DNA of 60,489 nt from an uncultured virus (IMG/VR IMGVR_UViG_3300022241_000068). Taxonomy: Duplodnaviria > Heunggongvirae > Uroviricota > Caudoviricetes. A program made the translations under genes and the position numbers. The notes under the pieces were generated by a model, which was not told the DNA's origin, ran no database searches, and saw nothing but the letters and a program-made list of their open reading frames with translations. Where the stretch lies: the IMG/VR virus record IMGVR_UViG_3300022241_000068; one strand, 5' to 3'. Shown in pieces: positions 44,701-56,700 of this stretch (the stretch's first letter is position 1; each line of letters opens with the position of its first letter).

Positions 44701-47700
44701 TCTCATATATAGACATTCTAAGATTATGTCTAGCCATAGGAGTCTCCATTCCAGGAGGAACCATTTCTATATTACTTATAGTAATATTATCTTTAATTCT
44801 TCTAAAACGTTCTGGCTCTCTTAAGAATTCTATAGCTTCTGCTTCTACTTCACTATTAGGTATACCTCTGTTTAAAACTTTATTGAATAAAGCTTTTGCA
44901 GAACTATTATCATATTCTACAGTAAGAATTTCACCTGTATTTTCATTAAATAATTTCTTATCAGCAAAAAAACTATTTAATTCATCAACTACATAACTGA
45001 AATCTCCTTTAGTTAATTCAAAAGCTTTGAATAATACATATAGTTTATCAATATCAAAGTCTAGCCCAGTAATTGTAGTAGCTTCTTTAGGTAATATAAT
45101 TAAAGAATCTGAATAACTTGGTATTAGATATTTTATTTTAATAGGGTATATTGAATAATCCCCTTCAGTAGGAATTCTATAACCAAAAGCTTTTCGTAAT
45201 TCATCTGTAGCTTCTTTACCTAATGCTTGTTCTATTCTTGTAAAATCTAAAAGACCTCTATCATCAGCTAATAAAGCTAAAGCATAATTATAAGCTGGAA
45301 CAGCAGCATCAATATAATCAATTACTGTTTCACCTTTTTCATTTGTTTTATAATGTATTTCAAGATTATCTTGGTAACTTTCTAAATCTGTAAATCCAAC
45401 AGAAGAAGCATTTACAAAAGGAGCACCAGGAACTTTGTTATTTAAAGCTTTCTTAGTCTTAGAGTTGATTAGTTTAAGATTATCATCTATAGTCAAAGGA
45501 AAATTTAAAGGAATATTCAAATCTCCATCTTGGTGCTTGGATAAACTTTCTATTACAGACATAGGTTTACCTTGCTCACTAGCTTGAGCTAATAATGTAT
45601 TTCTTAAACTATCTGTATCTTTTAATGCCTCATTTAAACTAACTCTATTTTCATCTATATCTCTAGTAAAAGTTTCATCTAATACAGATCTAACTTGTTC
45701 TGGAGTCATTTTACCATAACCTTCTACCTCTACTTCTTCTTCAAGATTAGCTGGCATGATTACTTTAAACTGAGATCCTTCTTCTATTTTACCTTGAAAG
45801 TGTTTTTCACTAGGAACAATGTTTTGTCTACCATACCCTTCCATAGAAGTTTCCACTACAGATGCTAATATAGTATCTATGTCCATATTATCTATTGATT
45901 CTCTTTTGAGAACTTTAGAATTATCTCTATCAACTTTATTAACACTTTGAAAACTTATTCCATCAATACCGTGTTCATGAAATAAATAAAGAATTTTAGC
46001 TAAGAAAGGTCTTCTATATTTTGAAAAATCAGTTTTGTCAGAAGGTTTTTCAACTTTAAAATCTTTAGTTAACCATGCCATAGCTGGAGTAAGAGTATAC
46101 TCTGAGTTCTTCTCTTGGAAAGGTCTTAATAATTCTCCAGACTCTTCTTGGTTAAAATAGTAAGGTTTTTGAACAGGGAAAACAAATTCTGCAGATTCAC
46201 CATTCTTAATTCTTTCAGCAATTTCTATTTCACGATCAGAAATTTCATCAAATCCTCTCATAACATCTACTGTAAAATCAATAGAGTTTATGGTTTGAGC
46301 ATCTGTAATATTATGACCTTTATTATAGTCTCCAGCTAATTCAGGAAAGTCTTCTTTGAGAGTATCTAATTCATTACTTGGAATTAATATATCATCTACA
46401 GTTATCCTTCTCTTTTTTCTAGGAGTTCCATCTTTATATGTAAAGAGCGCATGTTGCTTAGGTGAATGAGCTTCTTTAAACCTCTTAAGAAAGTCTACTA
46501 ATAAACTATTTTTATAATCAAAAGGTGCATCATCAGACTTATATGTACCATAAAAAGCAGGATCTCCAGCTAATAAAGGTATTAACTGAGTATTATAATA
46601 ATACTGATTAAAGAATTGAGTCTTTATATCACCTTCTAAGTCATCTTTAAAGCTAGAACTACTATCATCTATTATATCATCAGTTTTAACAAGTTTTGAA
46701 CCTTCTTTAACTAATACTCCATCCTTTACTAATTTTTCAGTATATGCTTCAAACTTTTTATTTAAAACACTAGATATAAAACCTTCTAATCTTTCAGTGA
46801 GTTCTGGTCCTAATTCTACTCCGCCATTTGCTTTATACAATTCTATAATAGTATCCTTTTTAGAATTTAAAAAAGGTAATAGTATAAAATGTTTACCGTT
46901 TATGTTAAAGTTTCTGTAATTGGTTTTGTTATTTTCAAGATATATAATCCTATTTAATTCAGCATGCGCAGTTCTAACTAATTTATTTACTACGTCATCC
47001 AAGGATACTGTTGGAGCATTCATATACCCAGAAGATGTAGCATCAGAAAACGGAGGTAAAGCAATTACTATCTCCTTACCATTACTATTATACATTCTTT
47101 CTAATGCATAATTTAACTGCTGAGTAATTAGGTCATAATTAAAATACTTGTTATAAGTAATTCCATTATATGTACCTTTTATACCTATACCATTATCATA
47201 ATGAGGTTCAAATATCTCTATAGATTTGCTCAATAAAGCATCATATATAGGTAAGTCTTTATGTAAGATCTTATTCTTAATTGTAGCTAAAGCAGATTTA
47301 GGACTTTCTTTAAACTTGTTAAAGAGAGTTGTCAAATGATTATTCATCTGATGAATATATTCAGCTTCACCTTGAACAGTTGTAATATTCATTACATATG
47401 ATTGCTGATCATGTTTAGCTAATAAATCAGATACTTCTTTTATCTGTTGCTTTGTAAGTTTGCTTTCAATGACACTGAAAGGATTTTTACCTTCTTTAAT
47501 TGCATTAAATACTGGTAGAGCATTAATGCTCAAGCTCTTGTTAGAGAATTCATTACTTTCAAGCTCTACAGCAATTTCTTGATCAATGTTATAACCTAAG
47601 AAAGTATATATACGTTCTATGTCTACAGCATTAAGAAGATTATTATTAGTAATACTATTCTCTAAGATCTTATAAATTTCTAAAAATTCTAATGAATCAA

Positions 47701-50700
47701 GTTCTTTATTTAAGAACATTATTTCAGCATGTCTCTTGAACATTTTCCATAAACCTTTCTTAGAAGAATTATGTACACGTATTCCTCTTCTACTTCTCTC
47801 TGTATTTATAAATACAATATTTCTTTGAGAACCAGTTATTAAGTATAAATTTTTAAACCATTTACTCGCTGAAAGTTTATATACATATTCAGGATCATAT
47901 TTCTTACTATTCTTATCTAATTTTTCTACATTAATATCTTCTCCTGATTGTAGAATCTTTTTACCTACTAATTCATTCTTAATTTTCTCAACTAATGTAT
48001 CTGCATAATCCTTTGTCTTAGCTAAGTCTATTAACTTTAACATGGTTTGTTCAGGAGATGATCCTGAAAGTTTATTCAATAATCTATTAAATAGTACATC
48101 AAAGTTATGATATATCTTAGCTCCTGTTTTAGGATCTATTTTATCAACATAATGACCTAATTCTCTTTCTCTTACAGGAATTAAAGACATTAATTCTCTA
48201 ATTTTACCTTTAACATTTGTCTTAGGATTCACATTAGTATCTCTAATTAATGTAGTTTTCTCATCAAATTCATTTGCATCTTGAGTAATTTGAACTCCAG
48301 CACTATATAAGTTATTCATATATTGTGCTATATACAACTGAAGTTTAAGAAGATCTTCTTTATTTTCTAATATATTCTTTAATTCACCGTAGTTTTCTAA
48401 TTGTTCAGGACTGTTATGTTTCTGGAACCAAAGATCAATATAAGTAGGTAATTCATTAAAAAACTCTTTATTAAACTGAGATTTATTACCAGATTCTATA
48501 ATAGCATTGTATGTATAGTATTGAGCTATATTAGTTTTTTTACCATCTTTATTAATAGTATTTGATTTAAAAGTTCTAACTGCCAGATGTACTAAGTTCT
48601 GTGCTATAAATTTAGCATGTTCACGTATCTGTTTTATATTTGAAACTTTGAACTTTCCTTGATGTAATAATCTAGCAAAGTTTTCAGAATAGTTTTTATT
48701 GAAAGCATTAGTTCTCCCCCCAAATATACTTCTACCAAATATATTTCTATCTAATTGATAAAATAAATCTTCTACAGATATCTTAGTAGTAAAGTAAGGT
48801 TTTAATTGTTGATAACTATCGTATATAAAATTATATAATGAATCTAAAAATTTAGCAATCTTAGGATATTTCTTTTTAAAATTCTCAGAAACAAATCCAT
48901 CAGTAGCTTTATAAGTCTCAAATAATTCTGCTAACTTTTCTTCTAATCTAATTAAAGGATTTTGTTTTTTGTAATATTCTTCTTCTGATTTTAAACGTAT
49001 AGCACTTTGATCTCTATTATTATCAATAGTTATTTCATTCCAAGTATTACCATGCTCATCAGTAACCTGTTTTACATTATCTTTACCATAAGTTTTATTA
49101 AGAATATTACTTACTGTATTTTCATAAAAATTATAAATAGGTTTTAATGCACCAAATCCTTCCTTATCAATTCTTTCAAGTTCTTGTTTAAGTTGGTTTA
49201 TTTCAACTTTTGAATCTTCTTGTTTAGTTTTAATATATTGATTGTAACTTTTTACAACTAATTCTTCATTAGCTTTTTGCTGATTAAAACTTTGATTACC
49301 TGTTTGATATTGAATTAACCATTCTCCACTTCTCCCATCTAATTCTACTGTTTCTCCTTTATTATCTCTGAATTGAAAATACCTTAAATAGGTAGGTTGT
49401 TTTATTTCAGAAGAATTAGTAATAGTATTGAAATCTTTTTCAAGTTCTTTAATCCTATCTTCTTTTTGTTTCTTAAACTCTTCTAAAGTAGTATGCCCTT
49501 CAACTTTACTAGCTGTATTACCAGTAGGAAACAAAACTTTTTCATATCCTTTTTTAGCACTATCTTGTATGATAGATTTAACAAAGAATGTTACCCAATT
49601 ATTATCTTTGTTTAATAGTTGTAGAAATTGATTAGATTTAATATTTTTTCTTTTTTCTATAATTTCTTCTATTGTATTACCATCTACATTTTGGTATTCT
49701 TCAGAATACTCATTTATTAAATTATCTTTATCTCTACCTTTCTGAAATAAATCAGATTGTACTTCAAGTATTCTACGAGTTTTAGTATTAGTTCCTTTTT
49801 GTATATAACCTTTAACCCCATATTGATTATCATATATAGCATATATATCAGTATCATTTAAATCTGCTCTTTCATGTAAAGAACCGTCACTATCTAAATA
49901 TTTCCAAATATTATTCTCTTTAAACCATTTTCCATTTTCATCATTAAATGAATTTGGGTAATCCTTAGATGTTATATATTCTTCATCACTTCTAAACCAA
50001 CCAATACCTTTATCAGTACTAAATTGAGCATGACCTTTAATAGAAGGAGTAATAGCTCCTTTTCTTACAGTTTTAGTATTAGATTTAATAAAGCTTTTAA
50101 ACCCTTCTATATCTTGTTTAGAACCTAATATATGAATTTGTTCTGGTTCAAATACTACGAATTGAGCTACTCTTGAAGGAGTTATAATACCATCAAATCC
50201 TTTTTCTTGTAATTTTTTTGAAAAAGGAATTAAACGAGAATCTTCTTCTAATAATTCTTTATCGCTAAATCCTAATCTTTTACCTTCATAATATCTTTCA
50301 GACCATTCTTGTTCTTGTGGTGTGAGTTTATATGTAGTTCTTGGATTACTTGGGTTTTTAATATCTAAAATAGCAGTATATAATTCTCCATATCTTAAAG
50401 CTTCTTCTTTAATATTTGTAAAATAAAACCCATCACCTATTTCAAAATGAACTATTTGTTTAGAAGAACCTATATAATTTTTATTAAAACTATTATTTAT
50501 AGGTATAGGACTATTTATTGAAACATTATTTTCAAATAATGTTATTCCATTATCATTTAAAATAAGTCCTATTCCTGCACCTATTATCTTGTTTTTACCT
50601 TCATATATTTGTACTCCTATATGCCAATTATTATTAGATACTTTTTCAGCCTTTAATATTTTAATATTATAAGAATTTACATCTAAAATTTTTCCAAATT

Positions 50701-53700
50701 TATCTGGATAATTTTTAATAAATAATTCAATTATTTTATTTTGATACTCTTTATTGTACTGTAATTGATTAAATACTCTCGAACTACCATGATAAACAAT
50801 ATCTTTTACTTTACTATCAGGAAATATAGTATCAAGATATTGAGAGTACAATTCTTGAGCTTGTTGTTTTTGTTGAGGAGTTATTTGTTGTTGTTTTTGT
50901 TCAAGGGTTATTTGATTATTTAGCTCTGCTAATTCTGCATCGTATTTAGCGTTGATTTCATTCTTTACATTCTCAATATTTTTATTTATAACATCTCTTG
51001 TACTAGATAACCCATTTTCGGTAGGTGTTAAATCCCTATTAATAAAATCTATGTGCGAGCCAGATATTCCAGCCTTTGGTATAGCATTATCATTTCTAAT
51101 ATCACCTAATTGAGTATCTAATTCTTCTGAAAGAAGTTTAAGTATTTTGCTATCATAATAATTATTGATTTCATTACCAGATAACTTATTCATCCATCCA
51201 TCTTGTGCTATACCAAATATAGGATACCACTTACCAGATGTAACATCAGCTTTACCTCCATGCCCAGTAGATAGATAAAACGGAACATTCATTCCATTTA
51301 CATTAAGAACTACCACTTTTCTACCAGCTAAATCAATAATGGGGGATTTCCCTCTAACTTTTCTTTTATTACCATCAGCAGTTTGGTCATAAATAGTAGT
51401 TTCGTATTCAATTTCTTGACGATTCTTAACTATATTTTTTACATCTTCTTGTATCCTTCTTTCTATATCAGATTTTTGTTGTTGTTTTTGTTCATCAGAA
51501 ATATTTCCAGTAAACCCTAAAGCTTCATATACACTATTAGCCAATTCAGGATTAGATTCAAATAGTTCAGAAACTCCTTGTTTTACAGGAACCCCTTGAG
51601 GCTTTTCCTGTATCTCTACTCCAGGTATAGCTATTTCATTTTCTGTATAATTAGTACCTCCTGGAACTGTTAGATTAGAGTAGTATTGTGTTGGTTTATT
51701 TAAAGTTTTATTGTATTCATTCATTGCTTCTGAATACTTTTTTTCTCCTATTTCTTTTCCATTTTTAGTAAAAGATAATATACCAAAATCATTAAATTCA
51801 TATTTATCATTATCTAGTATAAAATCTATATAATCTGTACTAAATTTACTATGATATTTTTGTTCTTTAGCAGTATTAATCTCAACAGTATAACTATAAT
51901 TAGAAGCTAATTCTAAAGCATATTGTAAAGGTTCATCATAAATAGCAAATTGTTTTTGTACAAAATCTTGTTCTATTTGTTCTATTAATTCTTTTTGTTC
52001 TTTAGGTATTGCAAGTTCAGTTAATATCTTATCTAAACTCCAATTGTTTTTTCTTCCTTTATTAAATATTTGTTTAGCTTTTTCAGATTGTAATATATCT
52101 ACTGCTTTAAGTACATAATCAACTTGATCTTCAACTTTAAATCTATTACTATCAATAGGTTTATTTAAATCATTTTCAAACTCTTCTTTAGTTATACCTA
52201 ATTCTTTACCATATTTCTTATAAGCCTCATTAAGAACTTGTTTTCTTTGTTTATCATTTAAGAACAGATTAAAAGCAACGTGAAAAGCTTCATGCTTTCC
52301 TACATTTAATCCAGCATCTGAAGATAGATATACTACAGCATTATAAAATGCCCCCCATACTTTACCATCTCCTACATTGTATATATTAGATATAATTCTT
52401 AAAGCTTCATCTGAAACTTTAACTCCTAAATTTTCAAATCTATCTTTGATATATTTTTCAGCAGCTCCTTCTTTAAATTCTTCTACTGTGGTTGTATCAT
52501 CAGTATATTTAGCAAAAAAATTACCTTCTGGGACTTCTGTATTATTTTCTAATTCAGCTCTCATTCGAGCTTTTTTTTCTTCTGAAACTTCTTGTTTTGA
52601 CACTTGTGTTTCATTAGATCTTACTTTAAATTCAATTACTGTAACATCATCTTGAGATTTATTTTCTTTTCTTAGACTTTCAGATTTATTTATTATTTCA
52701 TCAAAACTATCCCCTTTATTCGATATATTAGGCACCTCATCCGTATATAATAATACATTATCACCAGCTTTTACATCTACTTCTTGTATTATTTCATCTA
52801 TTGATTTATTTTTTGCTAAAACAGTACTGTTTGTTTTAATATTAAAATTTACATTAGTTTTAATTCCTTGTTTTATCTTTTCACCATTTATTTCAACAAA
52901 AGAATCTCCAATGCTAAATATTTTATTTAATTTTGGTATGTATAAAATTAGAGTACCAATTTGACCTGTTTGAGATCCATTTGTGAAATCTGGGGATTTT
53001 ATTACCAAAGAATTTAAGATATCATATAAAGATTGCTTATCTTTTATTTCACCTTTTCTTTTTGCAATTTCTTCAACTAATTGATGGGATAATGATCCCT
53101 CAGCAGAATCTGACATTCCATCTGACATAACAATTATATCATTAGAAACAAAGAAAGCATCTTCAATATAGTTATCTGCGTAACCTTTCCTATTTTTATT
53201 TTGTGTGTAAACTTTTACGCCATTAATAGTTTGTACCTTGCCAAGGTTTTTATTTATTTTAGTGCTTTGAATTACATCTTTTGTTTTTATTTTTTCACCT
53301 GTTTTGATATCTTTTAATGTTTCTATTTCTTCTTTACTACTAGTTCTTTCTACATCTATATATACTTCACCTTGCTCATAATATCCTTCATCTATAGTTT
53401 TTAGATCTGTAGATACTAAATCAGGATGTTCTAATAAGAAATCTTTAGTATTATGACTAGGAACATGTACCCTTACTTCCCCTAATTTTGCAACAACCTG
53501 ATCAACAGATAATCCATATTCTATTTTATATTCACCTTTCTTTCCTTTAGTAGAAATAGCAAATCCAGGTAATAATTTACTAGCATTTTCATAACCTTCT
53601 TTAGTAAGATAATCAATACCAGAAGGTGTATAATAAGTAATAACTGGACCCAATCCTCCATCAGGATTTATATCTGTTTTATTTTCTCTATCAAAAGAAG

Positions 53701-56700
53701 AATCTGGAGTTCTATATCTTAGTATACCAAGCTCTCCTTTACTAATACCTATTATCTGAGCCCACTTCTTTCTAACTATATCATTTACTTGATCTACAGG
53801 AGCATTTGCAATATCATTTAATGCTTGAACTAATTTCTTTTTATAAGAAGTTACTTCTTTTACTTTCTTAGTTTCTAATTCTACTGGTATGAATTCTTCT
53901 TTACCATTCTTATTTGTACTAGGTAAAAACATAAATACTTTACCCAACTGTCTTTGGATAAAATTTTCTACCTTTCCTTTACCATCTGAAGATTCTTTTG
54001 GAGAGAATTTTGAATTTGCAAATTTATAATTTTCAACTAATGAAGCTGTTTTTTCAAAGTCTGTTATTACAACATCAAATTCATTATTTGCAATATCTTC
54101 TCTAGTTACTGCTCTAAACTTACCAACATGTAGAGAAGCTTTTTTATGAATACCTTTTACAGGTACAGGCTCTGAAATAAAATCTGTTTTCTTATCCCAT
54201 TTACTATATAAATTCTTTCTTAAAATTTTATCTATATCTTTTGATTGGATATTTCCATTAGATCTAACATGGCCTACAATAACTTCTTTAGCATTTGGAG
54301 TACCTTTTTCTACAATAGTATCATTGAGTACATATGCTACCATATATAACCCAAAATTACCTTCATCTATTCCAACACCTTCATTCCAACCTTTAGATGG
54401 GATTTTATAATATATTTTATCTCCAGGTTGTAATACATTGTTTACAACATGTACAGTATCTTTATTATCGTAACCTAAATAGTTATTAACTATTCTTTTC
54501 TTAAAAGTTAAATTATCAGAAAGATTTGTATTTTTACTCTTTGCTATTTTTATTAATTCTTTAACTTTAGAAGAATGGAAAAGTTCTTTTACTTCAGCAT
54601 GAGTAAGAGTTAATATAGTTCCTGTAGGGGCATTATTTTCCCACACTTCAATATCTACATATTTATGACCCTCTTTTCCACCTATAGTTTCACTATGATT
54701 ATTATCTACAGTAAGTAAACTAGTAGTATTATCTGGAGATCCTGTTTCTACAGGAATGTTTACATCAGGTATAGGTGTTACAGGTATAGTAGAAGGATTT
54801 TCATCATCCTCTTCTGGATTTTCAAATTCTTCTTCCTCTTCTTCTTCTACTTTAGTTTCTTTACCATTGAAATTATCAATAGCTCTTTGAAAGATAGGAT
54901 CATCTATCTTATCCTTTACAGTTTCTGGATCTAAAGAATTTATATAAGATTCTTCAGTACCACCTTTAGCAATATGTTCTGTTAAATTCTTAAACTTAGG
55001 ATTAGGAGTATATTGATAATTAGGATCAGCTTTCTTAGCTTCTATATGTTGTAGTTCTTGAAAGAACTCAGGATCATTTGCTAATATCTTTCTGAATGCT
55101 CTAGCAATACCTTTCTCTTCATGCTGTCTTAATAACTCATTTTCTTGACCATATCTTTCAATAAGATCTACAGGTTTAGTAACTTCTGAAATTTTACCAT
55201 TAGTATCTGTTTTCTGACCTTTTATCTTTTCATATTTAATCTGATCTATGAGATCAGCTTTATCAGGATTACTTGCTTTCTCACTTTCAAATTCATCTAA
55301 AGATGATAGAGTATTTAATTTTTTTACATACTCTTCATTCTTAAGTTGTTCTATTACTTCAATAGCTTGAACTTTAGTTTTTCCAGTTTTGTTTTTTAAG
55401 ATTTCTTCTTCTGTTTTACCATTCTTGAAATCTTGAGCAACTTCCTGAGCATTAGTTTCTTCTTCTGTTATTTTTGTATCAGCAGTTTTGTTAGACGTGA
55501 ATTTATCGTAAGCCTTTATGAGTTCGGTCTTATACGTTTTTAAACTTTCTATTTTAGATTCTAAACTTTTCTTCTCTTCTTTTTGTAAAGAATTTAATTT
55601 TTCTTCTTTATTCTTTAAATTTTCTAATTGATTGCTGTATTTATCTAATTCTTTAGTGACTAAATCCTGTTGTACTGAATTATGATATATTGATTGTTTA
55701 AATTCTGCAGAATTATTTTTTAACAAGGGGTTAGAATAAATTGCAGTATAATTGTCTTTAGCAATATCTAATATATTTCTCTTTATATCTTTGAATTCTT
55801 CATAAGAATAAAATTCACTTAATTTATTTTGTTCATAATCTTTTTTAGTCATGCTATTATTAATAGCATTTTCTATAGCTTCTACACTATCTCCTTTAAA
55901 CAAATGATCATGTACAATACTAGAAATTTTAGCTGCTTGTAAAACTTTAATCGCTTCCCCATTATTGTTTTTCAAAGCTTCTTCTTGTAATTGATCAATC
56001 TGTAATGCATTATTCATTCCTCTAATAGCACTAAGTTGTTTAGTAGGATCTATTTGAGGTTTATTATTTGAATCATATATTAATTTACCATCTTCATCAG
56101 TTTTATAAATATCATTGGCAGATAAAGCTAATGAGCTATTTACTTTGCTCATTATCGGTTTTTCTTTAGTATATAACTGATGTATTGATGATAATGAAGC
56201 TGGTCCTGCTGTAGCAGCTGCTACACCAAACCCTCCTGCAAAAGAATCCCAATAATCAGCTTTACCATCCATTAAACCGTGATATGTAGCACTTAAAGTA
56301 CCCCCTAATGCACTGTCACCATCACCAAATAATGAATCAAATACTCCTGTATTTTTACCTTCATTATATGGTTGTTTTAATGCTTTTTCAGTACTATAAT
56401 CTGTGGCTCCTGTTTGGAATGATTCTTGTACTCCTTCAGATATTCCTAATACTAAAGTATTTATAACACCTCTTACAAGTGCGTGTTTTGAAGTAGAAAT
56501 TCCATCTGTTAAACCTTGTAGTTCAATAAAATTAGTAGCTAATAACATCATGAAATTAGTACCAAATATTTCAGAAGCAGCATCTGATGCTTGTTTAGTA
56601 GCCTCTTCTTCTGATAATCCTTTATCTAATAATTGTTGTTTAATATCTTTATAAGCTAAAGACGCTTCCTGAACTGCTTCTGCACTAGCATTTAATACTG

